The translations under genes and the position numbers were made by a program. Of a stretch of DNA of 64,000 bases, positions 22,053 to 37,383 are shown in pieces. The notes beneath the pieces are model-generated. The model did not search any database. It saw nothing but the letters and a program-made list of their open reading frames with translations, and was not told the DNA's origin. The stretch's first letter is position 1. Each line of letters begins with the position of its first letter. The stretch is taken from assembly GCF_044647545.1 (NCBI RefSeq), contig NZ_CP172818.1. One strand, 5' to 3'. The stretch is from Escherichia coli (GTDB taxonomy: Bacteria > Pseudomonadota > Gammaproteobacteria > Enterobacterales > Enterobacteriaceae).

Positions 22053-23107
22053 AACGACGTACCTGTCGTGGAGGAGGGAAGTAATTTATCGACAGCTGCA
22101 ATGACATCTGCCGCCGGAATAACCGAAAGATACATCTCATTTCGGTCACGCTGATCGCGCGTTGGCATTTCCCGGTAATCTCCCGCCCAGAATTGAATCA
22201 TGTTATTTGACCAGGGACGCCAGAAAATATGGTCTGTCGCACCAAACAGCGATATCAGTGGCGTATTAACTGCAGCGGCAATATGCGCCGGTGCGGAATC
22301 AACGCCAATAAACAGCTGCGCATGATCGATTAACGCACCAAGTTCCGGGAAGGTCACCTTTCCGGCCAGTGCCGTTACTGGTGGCGTCTGGCATCCCTGC
22401 GCAATTTCATTGACGCAGGCCAGATCGTCTTTATCTGGGCCGGACGTCAGAACGACTTCATAACCACGAGCATGTAAGGCATCAATCACAGCGGAAAACT
22501 TGGCGTTGTCCCAGCATTTGAAGATTTGCCGCGCCGTAGGTTGGATAACCACATAATTTTGTCCAACACCAGCGTGATCAAGTTCGCGACGCATACGTTT
22601 CCAGCTTGCAGGCGGGTAACTCATGGTTGTCTGCTTCACCAACGATTCAAGTCCCAATGGCGTCAGCACGGATAAGTTACTTTCCACCACATTTCCACCC
22701 TGCAACGGCACCAAATGAGTGAAACTATTACGCCAAAAAGCAGACTGCCGATGATGATAATCCTGGGAAATTTTCACACGGGCATTTAATAAGCGAACCA
22801 GTATAGCAACCATCCATTGATCGGTAAGATTAACGATAAGGTCATACTTATTGGCACGTAATATCTTGATGAGATGGAAAAAGTTGGCAATTTTTTCTGA
22901 GGCTTTTGCTTTTTTATTTTTTATGCCGTAGAGCGCGTTAATCTCTGGATTTTCAGACAGGATCGGGATGGTGTCCTGATAAAGCAGCACATCGATTTTT
23001 GCGTCAGGGTAATTTTTTTTCAGCGAACTAATGACGGGAGTAGTTAATAACATATCCCCATGAAAACGCATCTTAATGAGCAAAATTCTTCGAAATGGCT
23101 TATCCAC
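22049..23107 (-). CDS. waaQ: LPS heptosyltransferase III
   Basis: GT9 family; first gene of long operon; ORF starts with GTG at 23107 (352 codons); true start may be the in-frame TTG 24 nt downstream (344 aa). Confidence 0.88.
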   Translation of the reverse strand: MDKPFRRILLIKMRFHGDMLLTTPVISSLKKNYPDAKIDVLLYQDTIPILSENPEINALYGIKNKKAKASEKIANFFHLIKILRANKYDLIVNLTDQWMVAILVRLLNARVKISQDYHHRQSAFWRNSFTHLVPLQGGNVVESNLSVLTPLGLESLVKQTTMSYPPASWKRMRRELDHAGVGQNYVVIQPTARQIFKCWDNAKFSAVIDALHARGYEVVLTSGPDKDDLACVNEIAQGCQTPPVTALAGKVTFPELGALIDHAQLFIGVDSAPAHIAAAVNTPLISLFGATDHIFWRPWSNNMIQFWAGDYREMPTRDQRDRNEMYLSVIPAADVIAAVDKLLPSSTTGTSL

Positions 23108-23156
23108 AAGTAACTCTTTTTGTTGAGATTATCCGATTAAGGTGAAGCAGAAAAAG

Positions 23157-23168
23157 CACGCTACCGCC
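23157..23168 (-). promoter_or_regulatory. ops element (RfaH recruitment site) within the JUMPstart leader of the waaQ operon
   Basis: Minus-strand sequence GGCGGTAGCGTG matches the ops consensus GGCGGTAGnnTG, located ~50 nt upstream of the waaQ start inside a ~410 bp untranslated leader. Confidence 0.75.
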
Positions 23169-23519
23169 CCAGGCTCAACAGCTACCTGAATACTGATACC
23201 GCACTGATATTGACGCGCTAGTGTATCACTTCTTTCGCGGCAATCCGACCCGAATGATTTTTAAGCACATTGTTGATTTTCAATAAAGAAATCAATCAAA
23301 TAAAATCATTAGCAACCATATTCTTTTACTGTTGCTCTGCGATTCCTTCCTGCACGTACTGCAGAAATCAATGAATCGCATAAAAATACAAAAAAAGTAT
23401 AGATGTTCAGCAAGAATTGGCGGGTAAATTGCTATTTAAGTCAAAAACGGGAAAAGTAATGGTAAAGCCACAGCTAAATACATAGAATCCCCAGCACATC
23501 CATAAGTCAGCTATTTACT

Positions 23520-25284
<1,765 letters not shown>

Positions 25285-25322
25285 CGTTTATGCCGGATGG
25301 TATGCCATCCGGCTCGCATCAA

Positions 25323-26132
25323 TTACTTCTGGCACTGCCGACAATAAAACGTTGCCCGCTGCGCATGTTTAGTCGCCACAATTGGCGTACCGCACACCCG
25401 ACACGGCTCGCCTTTTCGCCCGTAAACCTGCAATTCCTGCGCGAAATAGCCCGGTTTACCATCACTTTGCAGAAAATCTTTCAGCGTTGTACCACCCTGC
25501 TCAATCGAACGCAGCAACACCGCTTTAATCACCCGAGCTAACAATTCACACTCTGCCAGCGACAGTGATGACGCCAGCCGATCCGGATGGATCCCCGCAG
25601 CAAACAGAGATTCGCTGGCATAGATATTCCCTACGCCTACCACCAGCTTGTTATCCATCAGCCATGGTTTAATCGCCGTTTTTTTCTTCGCGCACTTCTG
25701 ATGCAGGTACTCACCGTTGAAATCGTCGCTAAGCGGCTCCGGTCCAAGATGGGCCAGCACGTTGTGCCCTTCCAGCTCTTTGGTCCACAGCCAGGCACCA
25801 AAGCGGCGCGGATCGGTGTAGCGCAGCACTTTACCGTTGCTCATCACCAAATCAACATGGTCATGCTTTTCAGGGGGAAGTTCTTCTGGAAGGATGCGCA
25901 GGCTGCCAGACATCCCCAAATGAATGATAATCCAGCCCTCAGGCAGCTCCAGCAGCAGATATTTAGCCCGCCGCTGCACGCTAAGCACTGGTTGGTCGCT
26001 TAAACGGTAGATCTCTTCTGAAACCGGCCAGCGCAAGCGTCCGTTGCGCACCACCGCATGAAGAATGGTTGCACCAACGAGATGCGGTTCTATGCCGCGA
26101 CGGCTGGTTTCAACTTCGGGTAATTCAGGCAT
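25323..26132 (-). CDS. mutM: Formamidopyrimidine-DNA glycosylase
   Basis: 269 aa ORF starting MPELPEVE with C-terminal zinc finger (CRVCGTPI...CRQCQ). Confidence 0.95.
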
Positions 26133-26183
26133 AGCATCTCCAGGAATGAACAGATGCAGTCAATATGGGGGCAAGCAGATAAC

Positions 26184-26210
26184 AAAAAACCCCGCCGGAG
26201 CGAGGTTTTT
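26184..26210 (-). terminator. Putative rho-independent terminator after rpmG
   Basis: GC-rich hairpin flanked by A-run and T-run between the rpmG stop and mutM start. Confidence 0.5.
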
Positions 26211-26229
26211 CGTTACATCAAAGCGAGAA

Positions 26230-26400
<171 letters not shown>

Positions 26401-26417
26401 TTATTTCCTCTAAGTAC

Positions 26418-26675
<258 letters not shown>

Positions 26676-26870
26676 TTAGCTCGAGCTTCGTATGGGGTAT
26701 TGGCGCCTCGTCAGGCTTTACAGCCCGGTCATCGCAGTTCTATGTGAACTCTCGATTGCCAGGCCCAAATGCCAAACCCGAGATTCTCAAAGGTGGCGTA
26801 GTATACGCTGACTCAGCGATGTGCTCAAGTCCCGAACAGACAAAGATCCCGAAGGATCGCGCATAGCGGG

Positions 26871-27539
26871 TTAAATCCAGCCGCGTTCGGCAAAAGAAAC
26901 ATACTCTCCACGCCCAATTACGATATGGTCGAGCACGCGTAAATCCATGAACTGACAACTCTTTATTATCCGTTCAGTAATGAGTTTATCCGCTTTACTG
27001 GGTTCAGCACAACCCGAAGGGTGATTATGTGCAAGGATCAGCGCCGAGGCATTTATTTTTATCGCTTCGCGGATAATTTCCCGAGGATGGACTTCAACAT
27101 GGTTTAGCGTGCCGGAAAAAAGACGGCTATGCGTTATAACCCGGTGTTGTGAGTCGAGAAAGATCACCATAAAGATCTCCCGCTCCTCGCCCGTAAGCTG
27201 GCTTTGTAAAAATTCCCTCGTCATCTCCGGGCTGAGTAAAGGGCTTTCTTCACGCATCCGCACGTTGTAGTAACGCCGCGCCAGTTCGGCAATCCCCTTT
27301 AACTGGGCGAATTTCGCCACGCCAATTCCATGAACGCCACTAAACTGTTCATATTCAGAGGTTAACAAGCCATAAAGAGAGCCGAAATTCTCCAGCATCT
27401 CTTTTGCCAGGGTTAATACATCTTTACCGCGCGTTCCGGTACGCAGAAATAGCGCCAGCAGCTCGACATCCGTTAAGGCGCTAATACCAAACTTCAGCAT
27501 TTTTTCGCGCGGCATCAACAGCTGTGCATTGTTTTTCAC
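26871..27539 (-). CDS. yicR: UPF0758 family protein YicR (RadC-like JAB domain)
   Basis: ORF starts with GTG at 27545; likely start is the in-frame GTG two codons downstream ([13 protein letters not shown]..., 222 aa); JAMM-like HNHPSG motif. Confidence 0.88.
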
Positions 27540-27710
27540 CTTCACCTCCTTTGTGGTGCTCGCATCCTGTCATAGCCGTTCCGTTAAATCGACGGCCAGT
27601 TTTCAATCCTGGAAAGCGCCTCGCAAAGTGATTCTCAGGTGAAGGCACGACAACAAAAGTATTGTGATAAAATCGCCAACTTCTGGTGTCACCCAACAGG
27701 AAAAATCATC

Positions 27711-28931
27711 ATGAGCCTGGCCGGTAAAAAAATCGTTCTCGGCGTCAGCGGCGGTATTGCTGCCTATAAAACCCCTGAACTGGTGCGTCGTTTGCGCGAT
27801 CGCGGGGCCGACGTCCGCGTAGCCATGACCGAAGCGGCAAAAGCCTTTATCACCCCACTTAGCTTGCAGGCGGTTTCTGGTTATCCCGTTTCCGACAGTC
27901 TGCTGGACCCGGCAGCCGAAGCCGCTATGGGCCATATTGAGCTGGGTAAATGGGCTGATTTAGTGATTCTCGCCCCTGCCACGGCAGATTTGATTGCCCG
28001 TGTTGCTGCCGGAATGGCGAATGACCTGGTATCGACGATTTGTCTGGCTACACCTGCGCCTGTAGCCGTGCTCCCCGCCATGAACCAGCAGATGTACCGT
28101 GCCGCTGCCACGCAGCATAATTTAGAGGTGCTTGCTTCCCGTGGTTTGCTCATCTGGGGGCCAGACAGCGGCAGTCAGGCTTGTGGTGATATCGGCCCAG
28201 GGCGAATGCTCGATCCGTTAACCATTGTGGATATGGCGGTGGCGCATTTTTCGCCCGTCAACGACCTGAAACATCTGAACATTATGATTACCGCCGGTCC
28301 GACGCGTGAACCGCTCGATCCCGTGCGTTATATCTCTAATCACAGCTCCGGCAAGATGGGTTTTGCTATCGCCGCCGCCGCAGCCCGTCGTGGCGCGAAC
28401 GTCACGCTGGTATCAGGTCCGGTTTCACTACCGACGCCACCGTTTGTTAACCGTGTTGATGTGATGACCGCGCTGGAAATGGAAGCCGCCGTGAATGCAT
28501 CTGTACAGCAGCAAAATATTTTTATCGGTTGCGCCGCCGTGGCGGATTATCGCGCAGCTACCGTGGCCCCAGAGAAAATCAAAAAGCAGGCCACGCAGGG
28601 TGATGAATTAACAATAAAAATGGTTAAAAACCCCGATATCGTCGCAGGCGTTGCCGCACTAAAAGACCATCGACCCTACGTCGTTGGATTTGCCGCCGAA
28701 ACAAATAATGTGGAAGAATACGCTCGGCAAAAACGTATCCGTAAAAACCTTGATCTGATCTGCGCGAACGATGTTTCCCAGCCAACTCAAGGATTTAACA
28801 GCGACAACAACGCATTACACCTTTTCTGGCAGGACGGAGATAAAGTCTTACCGCTTGAGCGCAAAGAGCTCCTTGGCCAATTATTACTCGACGAGATCGT
28901 GACCCGTTATGATGAAAAAAATCGACGTTAA
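27711..28931 (+). CDS. coaBC: Bifunctional phosphopantothenoylcysteine decarboxylase / synthetase
   Basis: Trimmed to [20 protein letters not shown] start giving 406 aa; flavoprotein N-domain plus CoaB C-domain. Confidence 0.95.
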
Positions 28932-29367
28932 GATTCTGGACCCGCGCGTTGGGAAGGAATTTCCGCTCCCGACTTATGCCACCTCTGGCTCTGCCGGACT
29001 TGACCTGCGTGCCTGTCTCGACGACGCCGTAGAACTGGCTCCGGGTGACACTACGCTGGTTCCGACCGGGCTGGCGATTCATATTGCCGATCCTTCACTG
29101 GCGGCAATGATGCTGCCGCGCTCCGGATTGGGACATAAGCACGGTATCGTGCTTGGTAACCTGGTAGGATTGATCGATTCTGACTATCAGGGCCAGTTGA
29201 TGATTTCCGTGTGGAACCGTGGTCAGGACAGCTTCACCATTCAACCAGGCGAACGCATCGCCCAGATGATTTTTGTTCCGGTAGTACAGGCTGAATTTAA
29301 TCTGGTGGAAGATTTCGACGCCACCGACCGCGGTGAAGGCGGCTTTGGTCACTCTGGTCGTCAGTAA
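28909..29367 (+). CDS. dut: dUTP diphosphatase
   Basis: 152-codon [18 protein letters not shown]...; overlaps the 3' end of coaBC by 23 nt. Confidence 0.95.
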
Positions 29368-29473
29368 CACATACGCATCCGAATAACGTCATAACATAGC
29401 CGCAAACATTTCGTTTGCGGTCATAGCGTGGGTGCCGCCTGGCAAGTGCTTATTTTCAGGGGTATTTTGTAAC

Positions 29474-30070
29474 ATGGCAGAAAAACAAACTGCGAAAAGG
29501 AACCGTCGCGAGGAAATACTTCAGTCTCTGGCGCTGATGCTGGAATCCAGCGATGGAAGCCAACGTATCACGACGGCAAAACTGGCCGCCTCTGTCGGCG
29601 TTTCCGAAGCGGCACTGTATCGCCACTTCCCCAGTAAGACCCGCATGTTCGATAGCCTGATTGAGTTTATCGAAGATAGCCTGATTACTCGCATCAATCT
29701 GATTCTGAAAGATGAGAAGGACACCACAGCGCGCCTGCGTCTGATTGTGTTGCTGCTTCTCGGTTTTGGTGAGCGTAATCCTGGCCTGACCCGCATCCTC
29801 ACTGGTCATGCGCTAATGTTTGAACAGGATCGCCTGCAAGGGCGCATCAACCAGCTGTTCGAGCGTATTGAGGCGCAGTTGCGTCAGGTATTGCGTGAAA
29901 AGAGAATGCGTGAGGGTGAAGGTTACACCACCGATGAAACGCTGCTGGCAAGCCAGTTGCTGGCATTTTGTGAAGGTATGCTGTCACGCTTTGTCCGCAG
30001 CGAATTTAAATACCGCCCGACGGATGATTTTGACGCCCGCTGGCCGCTAATTGCCGCGCAGTTGCAGTAA
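29474..30070 (+). CDS. slmA: Nucleoid occlusion factor SlmA (TetR family)
   Basis: Trimmed to [16 protein letters not shown] start giving 198 aa; TetR-type HTH. Confidence 0.93.
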
Positions 30071-30108
30071 TATGACGTCCGGCATGATTATTCATCCAGC
30101 GAATATTT

Positions 30109-30750
30109 TTAAACGCCAAACTCTTCGCGATAGGCCTTAACCGCCGCCAGATGTTCCGCCATTTCCGGCTTCTCTTCCAGGTAAGCAATCAGGTCTTTCA
30201 GGGTGATGATAGAGATCACTTTGCAGTTGTAATCACGCTCAACTTCCTGAATTGCCGAAATCTCGCCGCGCCCCCGTTCCTGACGATCGAGCGAAATCAA
30301 TACGCCAGCAAGCGTCGCGCCATTGGCCTGAATAATTTCCATCGACTCGCGGATCGCCGTTCCGGCGGTGATCACATCATCCACCAGCATTACGCGTCCT
30401 TGTAACGCGCTACCGACCAGATTGCCACCTTCACCATGGTCTTTTGCTTCTTTGCGGTTAAAGCAGTACGGCAGGTCCAGGTCATGATGCTCCGCCAGCG
30501 CCACGGCAGTTGTGGTGGCAATCGGGATCCCTTTGTAAGCAGGGCCAAACAGCAGATCGAACTCAATGCCGGAATCCACCAATGCTTCAGCGTAAAAACG
30601 GCCTAACAGTGCCAGATCGCGCCCGGTATTAAACAGCCCGGCGTTGAAGAAATAGGGGCTTTTGCGCCCGGACTTCAACGTAAACTCGCCAAACTTTAAC
30701 ACCTGCTTGCTAAGCGCAAATTCAATAAACTGGCGCTGATATGGTTTCAT
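30109..30750 (-). CDS. pyrE: Orotate phosphoribosyltransferase
   Basis: Trimmed to [11 protein letters not shown] start giving 213 aa; PRPP-binding motif [13 protein letters not shown]. Confidence 0.95.
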
Positions 30751-30781
30751 GCCTTCGCTCCTCATCTTACTTTTCTACAGA

Positions 30782-30812
30782 CAAAAAAAAGGCGACTCAT
30801 CAGTCGCCTTAA
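30782..30812 (-). promoter_or_regulatory. pyrE attenuator (intrinsic terminator hairpin in the rph-pyrE intercistronic leader)
   Basis: Minus-strand aaggcgactgatgagtcgcctt hairpin followed by a T8 run, between rph stop (30816) and pyrE start (30750). Confidence 0.65.
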
Positions 30813-30815
30813 AAA

Positions 30816-31532
30816 TCAGTTTGCCAGCGCCGCCTTCTGCGTCGCTACAATGGATTCGATTCCCCCTCGGGCCAGCGCCAACAAGGTGAGTAATTCTTCG
30901 TGGGTGAACGGTTCGCCTTCTGCCGTCCCCTGCACTTCAATGATGCGCCCGTCTTCGGTCATCACTACGTTCATGTCGGTCTCTGCGGCTGAGTCTTCAA
31001 CGTATTCCAGATCGCAAACCGCTTCGCCGTTGACAATGCCGACAGAAACTGCGGCTACCATCCCTTTCATCGGGTTGGTTTTCAGCTTGCCGTTTTCCAC
31101 CAGCTTCTGTAGCGCATCTGCCAGCGCCACGCAGGCACCCGTAATCGACGCGGTACGCGTGCCACCATCAGCCTGAAGCACGTCGCAGTCCAGCGTAATG
31201 GTGAACTCACCCAGCGCTTTCAAATCTACTGCCGCACGAAGAGCACGGGCGATCAGACGCTGGATTTCCATGGTGCGTCCACCCTGCTTACCTTTCGCCG
31301 CTTCACGCGCGTTACGGGTGTGGGTAGAACGTGGCAGCATGCCGTACTCTGCGGTGATCCAGCCCTGGCCCTGACCTTTCAGGAAGCGCGGCACGCCTTC
31401 TTCAATAGAGGCGGTACACAATACTATGGTATCGCCAAATTCGACCAGCACCGAGCCTTCTGCATGTTTTGTATAGTTACGAGTCAGGGTAACGGGACGC
31501 ACCTGATTATTGCTACGGCCTGCTGGACGCAT
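30816..31532 (-). CDS. rph: Ribonuclease PH, apparently full length (238 aa, rph+)
   Basis: Trimmed to [14 protein letters not shown] start; reading frame open through 238 codons to a stop 65 nt upstream of pyrE. Confidence 0.93.
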   Translation of the reverse strand: MRPAGRSNNQVRPVTLTRNYTKHAEGSVLVEFGDTIVLCTASIEEGVPRFLKGQGQGWITAEYGMLPRSTHTRNAREAAKGKQGGRTMEIQRLIARALRAAVDLKALGEFTITLDCDVLQADGGTRTASITGACVALADALQKLVENGKLKTNPMKGMVAAVSVGIVNGEAVCDLEYVEDSAAETDMNVVMTEDGRIIEVQGTAEGEPFTHEELLTLLALARGGIESIVATQKAALAN

Positions 31533-31658
31533 ATTGAAATCTCCGGCTTGAAACAAATGTGGCTGCGCATTATACGGACTTCCGGCGGTTATTCCTATCC
31601 TGACAAGGCATCGATGGCTATAATCCTTCCACCTCTCCTTTTATAAACAGGAACGTCT

Positions 31659-32522
31659 ATGATCCGCAGTATGACCGCCTACGCCCGGCGTGAAATCAAG
31701 GGTGAATGGGGGAGCGCAACCTGGGAAATGCGCTCGGTAAACCAGCGTTATCTGGAAACTTACTTTCGTCTGCCGGAGCAGTTCCGTAGCCTTGAACCTG
31801 TCGTTCGTGAGCGTATTCGTTCTCGCCTGACGCGCGGTAAAGTGGAATGTACCCTGCGCTATGAGCCAGATGTTAGCGCGCAAGGTGAGCTGATCCTCAA
31901 CGAAAAACTGGCTAAACAGCTGGTAACTGCCGCGAACTGGGTAAAAATGCAGAGCGACGAAGGAGAAATCAACCCGGTTGATATTCTACGCTGGCCGGGC
32001 GTGATGGCAGCCCAGGAGCAGGATCTCGACGCGATTGCCGCTGAAATTCTCGCGGCGTTGGATGGTACGCTGGACGACTTTATCATCGCACGTGAAACCG
32101 AAGGTCAGGCGCTGAAAGCATTGATCGAGCAGCGTCTGGAAGTCGTCAGCGCCGAAGTGGTCAAAGTCCGCGCCCATATGCCGGAAATCCTGCAATGGCA
32201 GCGTGAGCGTCTGGTCGCGAAGCTGGAAGATGCTCAGGTGCAACTGGAAAACAACCGTCTGGAGCAGGAGTTGGTTCTGCTGGCACAACGAATTGACGTT
32301 GCCGAAGAACTTGACCGCCTCGAAGCGCATGTCAAAGAGACCTACAACATTCTGAAGAAAAAAGAAGCGGTTGGCCGTCGTCTGGACTTTATGATGCAGG
32401 AGTTCAACCGCGAGTCGAACACTCTTGCTTCGAAGTCTATCAATGCCGAAGTGACAAACTCCGCGATTGAGCTGAAAGTGTTGATTGAGCAGATGCGCGA
32501 GCAGATTCAGAACATTGAATAA
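31659..32522 (+). CDS. yicC: YicC family stress-induced protein
   Basis: 287 aa ORF; synteny after rph. Confidence 0.9.
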   Translation: MIRSMTAYARREIKGEWGSATWEMRSVNQRYLETYFRLPEQFRSLEPVVRERIRSRLTRGKVECTLRYEPDVSAQGELILNEKLAKQLVTAANWVKMQSDEGEINPVDILRWPGVMAAQEQDLDAIAAEILAALDGTLDDFIIARETEGQALKALIEQRLEVVSAEVVKVRAHMPEILQWQRERLVAKLEDAQVQLENNRLEQELVLLAQRIDVAEELDRLEAHVKETYNILKKKEAVGRRLDFMMQEFNRESNTLASKSINAEVTNSAIELKVLIEQMREQIQNIE

Positions 32523-32557
32523 CTCGTAACGCCAATTCTTACTTTTCAGCCTTCACA

Positions 32558-32592
32558 AATGCCGCCCACTCAAACAGAGCGGCATTTTTCTT
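32558..32592 (+). terminator. Rho-independent terminator after yicC
   Basis: aaatgccgc...gcggcattt stem followed by a T-run, 36 nt after the yicC stop. Confidence 0.6.
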
Positions 32593-32742
32593 CCCCGCAA
32601 CTTCAATTCTGTTTTGCGTGCCTGCTCCAGATTTTGCGATGTTTTTTTGCCCAGCACACTGAGAACGTGAGATACTCACAACTGTATATAAACACAGTTA
32701 CAGATTTACTTTCTTTGCAATCGATATCACATGGAGTGGGCA

Positions 32743-33567
32743 ATGAACGAACATCATCAACCTTTTGAAGAGATACGGCATTATGGCACTGAAGGGCAAG
32801 AATTTTGGTCAGCGAGAGAATTGGCACCGTTACTGGATTATCGGGACTGGCGCAATTTTCAAAAGGTACTGGCCCGCGCGACTCAAGCGTGCGAAGCCAG
32901 CAATCAAGCTGCATCTGACCATTTCGTTGAAACCACCAAAATGGTTGTATTAGGTTCAGGGGCTCAACGAGAACTTGAAGATGTTCATCTCTCCCGCTAT
33001 GCCTGTTACCTGGTAGTACAAAACGGCGACCCTGCGAAACCGGTTATTGCAGTAGGGCAAACTTATTTTGCTATCCAGACCCGACGGCAGGAGCTGGCTG
33101 ACGATGAAGCTTTCAGGCAACTTCGTGAAGACGAAAAGCGTCTTTTTCTGAGAAATGAGTTGAAAGAACATAACAAACAATTAGTTGAGGCAGCGCAGCA
33201 AGCTGGGGTAGCGACAGCTATCGATTTCGCCATATTTCAGAATCATGGTTACCGGGGACTGTATGGTGGATTAGATCAGAAAGCCATCCATCAGCGGAAG
33301 GGGCTGAAAAAGAGTCAGAAGATCCTGGATCATATGGGTTCAACAGAACTGGCGGCTAATCTCTTTCGAGCTACCCAAACAGAAGAAAAACTCAAGCGGG
33401 ATGGCGTGAATTCAAAACAGCAAGCTAACACCACACACTTTGACGTGGGTCGCAAGGTGAGGCAAACCATTCAGGAACTTGGCGGAACCATGCCTGAGGA
33501 GTTGCCGACCCCGCAGGTCAGCATCAAGCAGTTGGAAAACAGTGTAAAAATTACAGAGAAAAAATAG
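32743..33567 (+). CDS. dinD: DNA damage-inducible protein D
   Basis: Trimmed to MNEHHQPFEEIRHYG start giving 274 aa; synteny. Confidence 0.88.
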   Translation: MNEHHQPFEEIRHYGTEGQEFWSARELAPLLDYRDWRNFQKVLARATQACEASNQAASDHFVETTKMVVLGSGAQRELEDVHLSRYACYLVVQNGDPAKPVIAVGQTYFAIQTRRQELADDEAFRQLREDEKRLFLRNELKEHNKQLVEAAQQAGVATAIDFAIFQNHGYRGLYGGLDQKAIHQRKGLKKSQKILDHMGSTELAANLFRATQTEEKLKRDGVNSKQQANTTHFDVGRKVRQTIQELGGTMPEELPTPQVSIKQLENSVKITEKK

Positions 33568-33857
33568 CAGAAACTAAAAACTCTTTTTGATGATTGAGAC
33601 ACCCGATGCGTAAGCCAAGGTCCAGGTGCAGTGAACACAATGGCTAACATTGCACCTTTCTTTTCCACCCCTCAGTTTTAACCTACTTTTTCTTATGCAT
33701 TTTCTCAGACAAGAAGTCAGAAGAATGCATCTACGCTACAGAAAACAACGATTTCACATAACTAAAAATTATCAATTTCCTCTCACCTTAAAAAATCTCA
33801 ATCGTGACAATGCGCACAAATCGCTACCCTGCCAGACAGATTTTTAGGGAGAGAGCC

Positions 33858-36246
<2,389 letters not shown>

Positions 36247-36270
36247 GAATCGTCTTTATTGCAGTGAATC

Positions 36271-37035
<765 letters not shown>

Positions 37036-37089
37036 ACCTGATTTCAGTATCATGCCCAGTCATTTCTTCACCTGTGGAGCTTTTTAAGT

Positions 37090-37365
37090 ATGGCACGCGT
37101 AACTGTTCAGGACGCTGTAGAGAAAATTGGTAACCGTTTTGACCTGGTACTGGTCGCCGCGCGTCGCGCTCGTCAGATGCAGGTAGGCGGAAAGGATCCG
37201 CTGGTACCGGAAGAAAACGATAAAACCACTGTAATCGCGCTGCGCGAAATCGAAGAAGGTCTGATCAACAACCAGATCCTCGACGTTCGCGAACGCCAGG
37301 AACAGCAAGAGCAGGAAGCCGCTGAATTACAAGCCGTTACCGCTATTGCTGAAGGTCGTCGTTAA
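37090..37365 (+). CDS. rpoZ: RNA polymerase omega subunit
   Basis: 91 aa [32 protein letters not shown]. Confidence 0.95.
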
Positions 37366-37383
37366 TCACAAAGCGGGTCGCCC

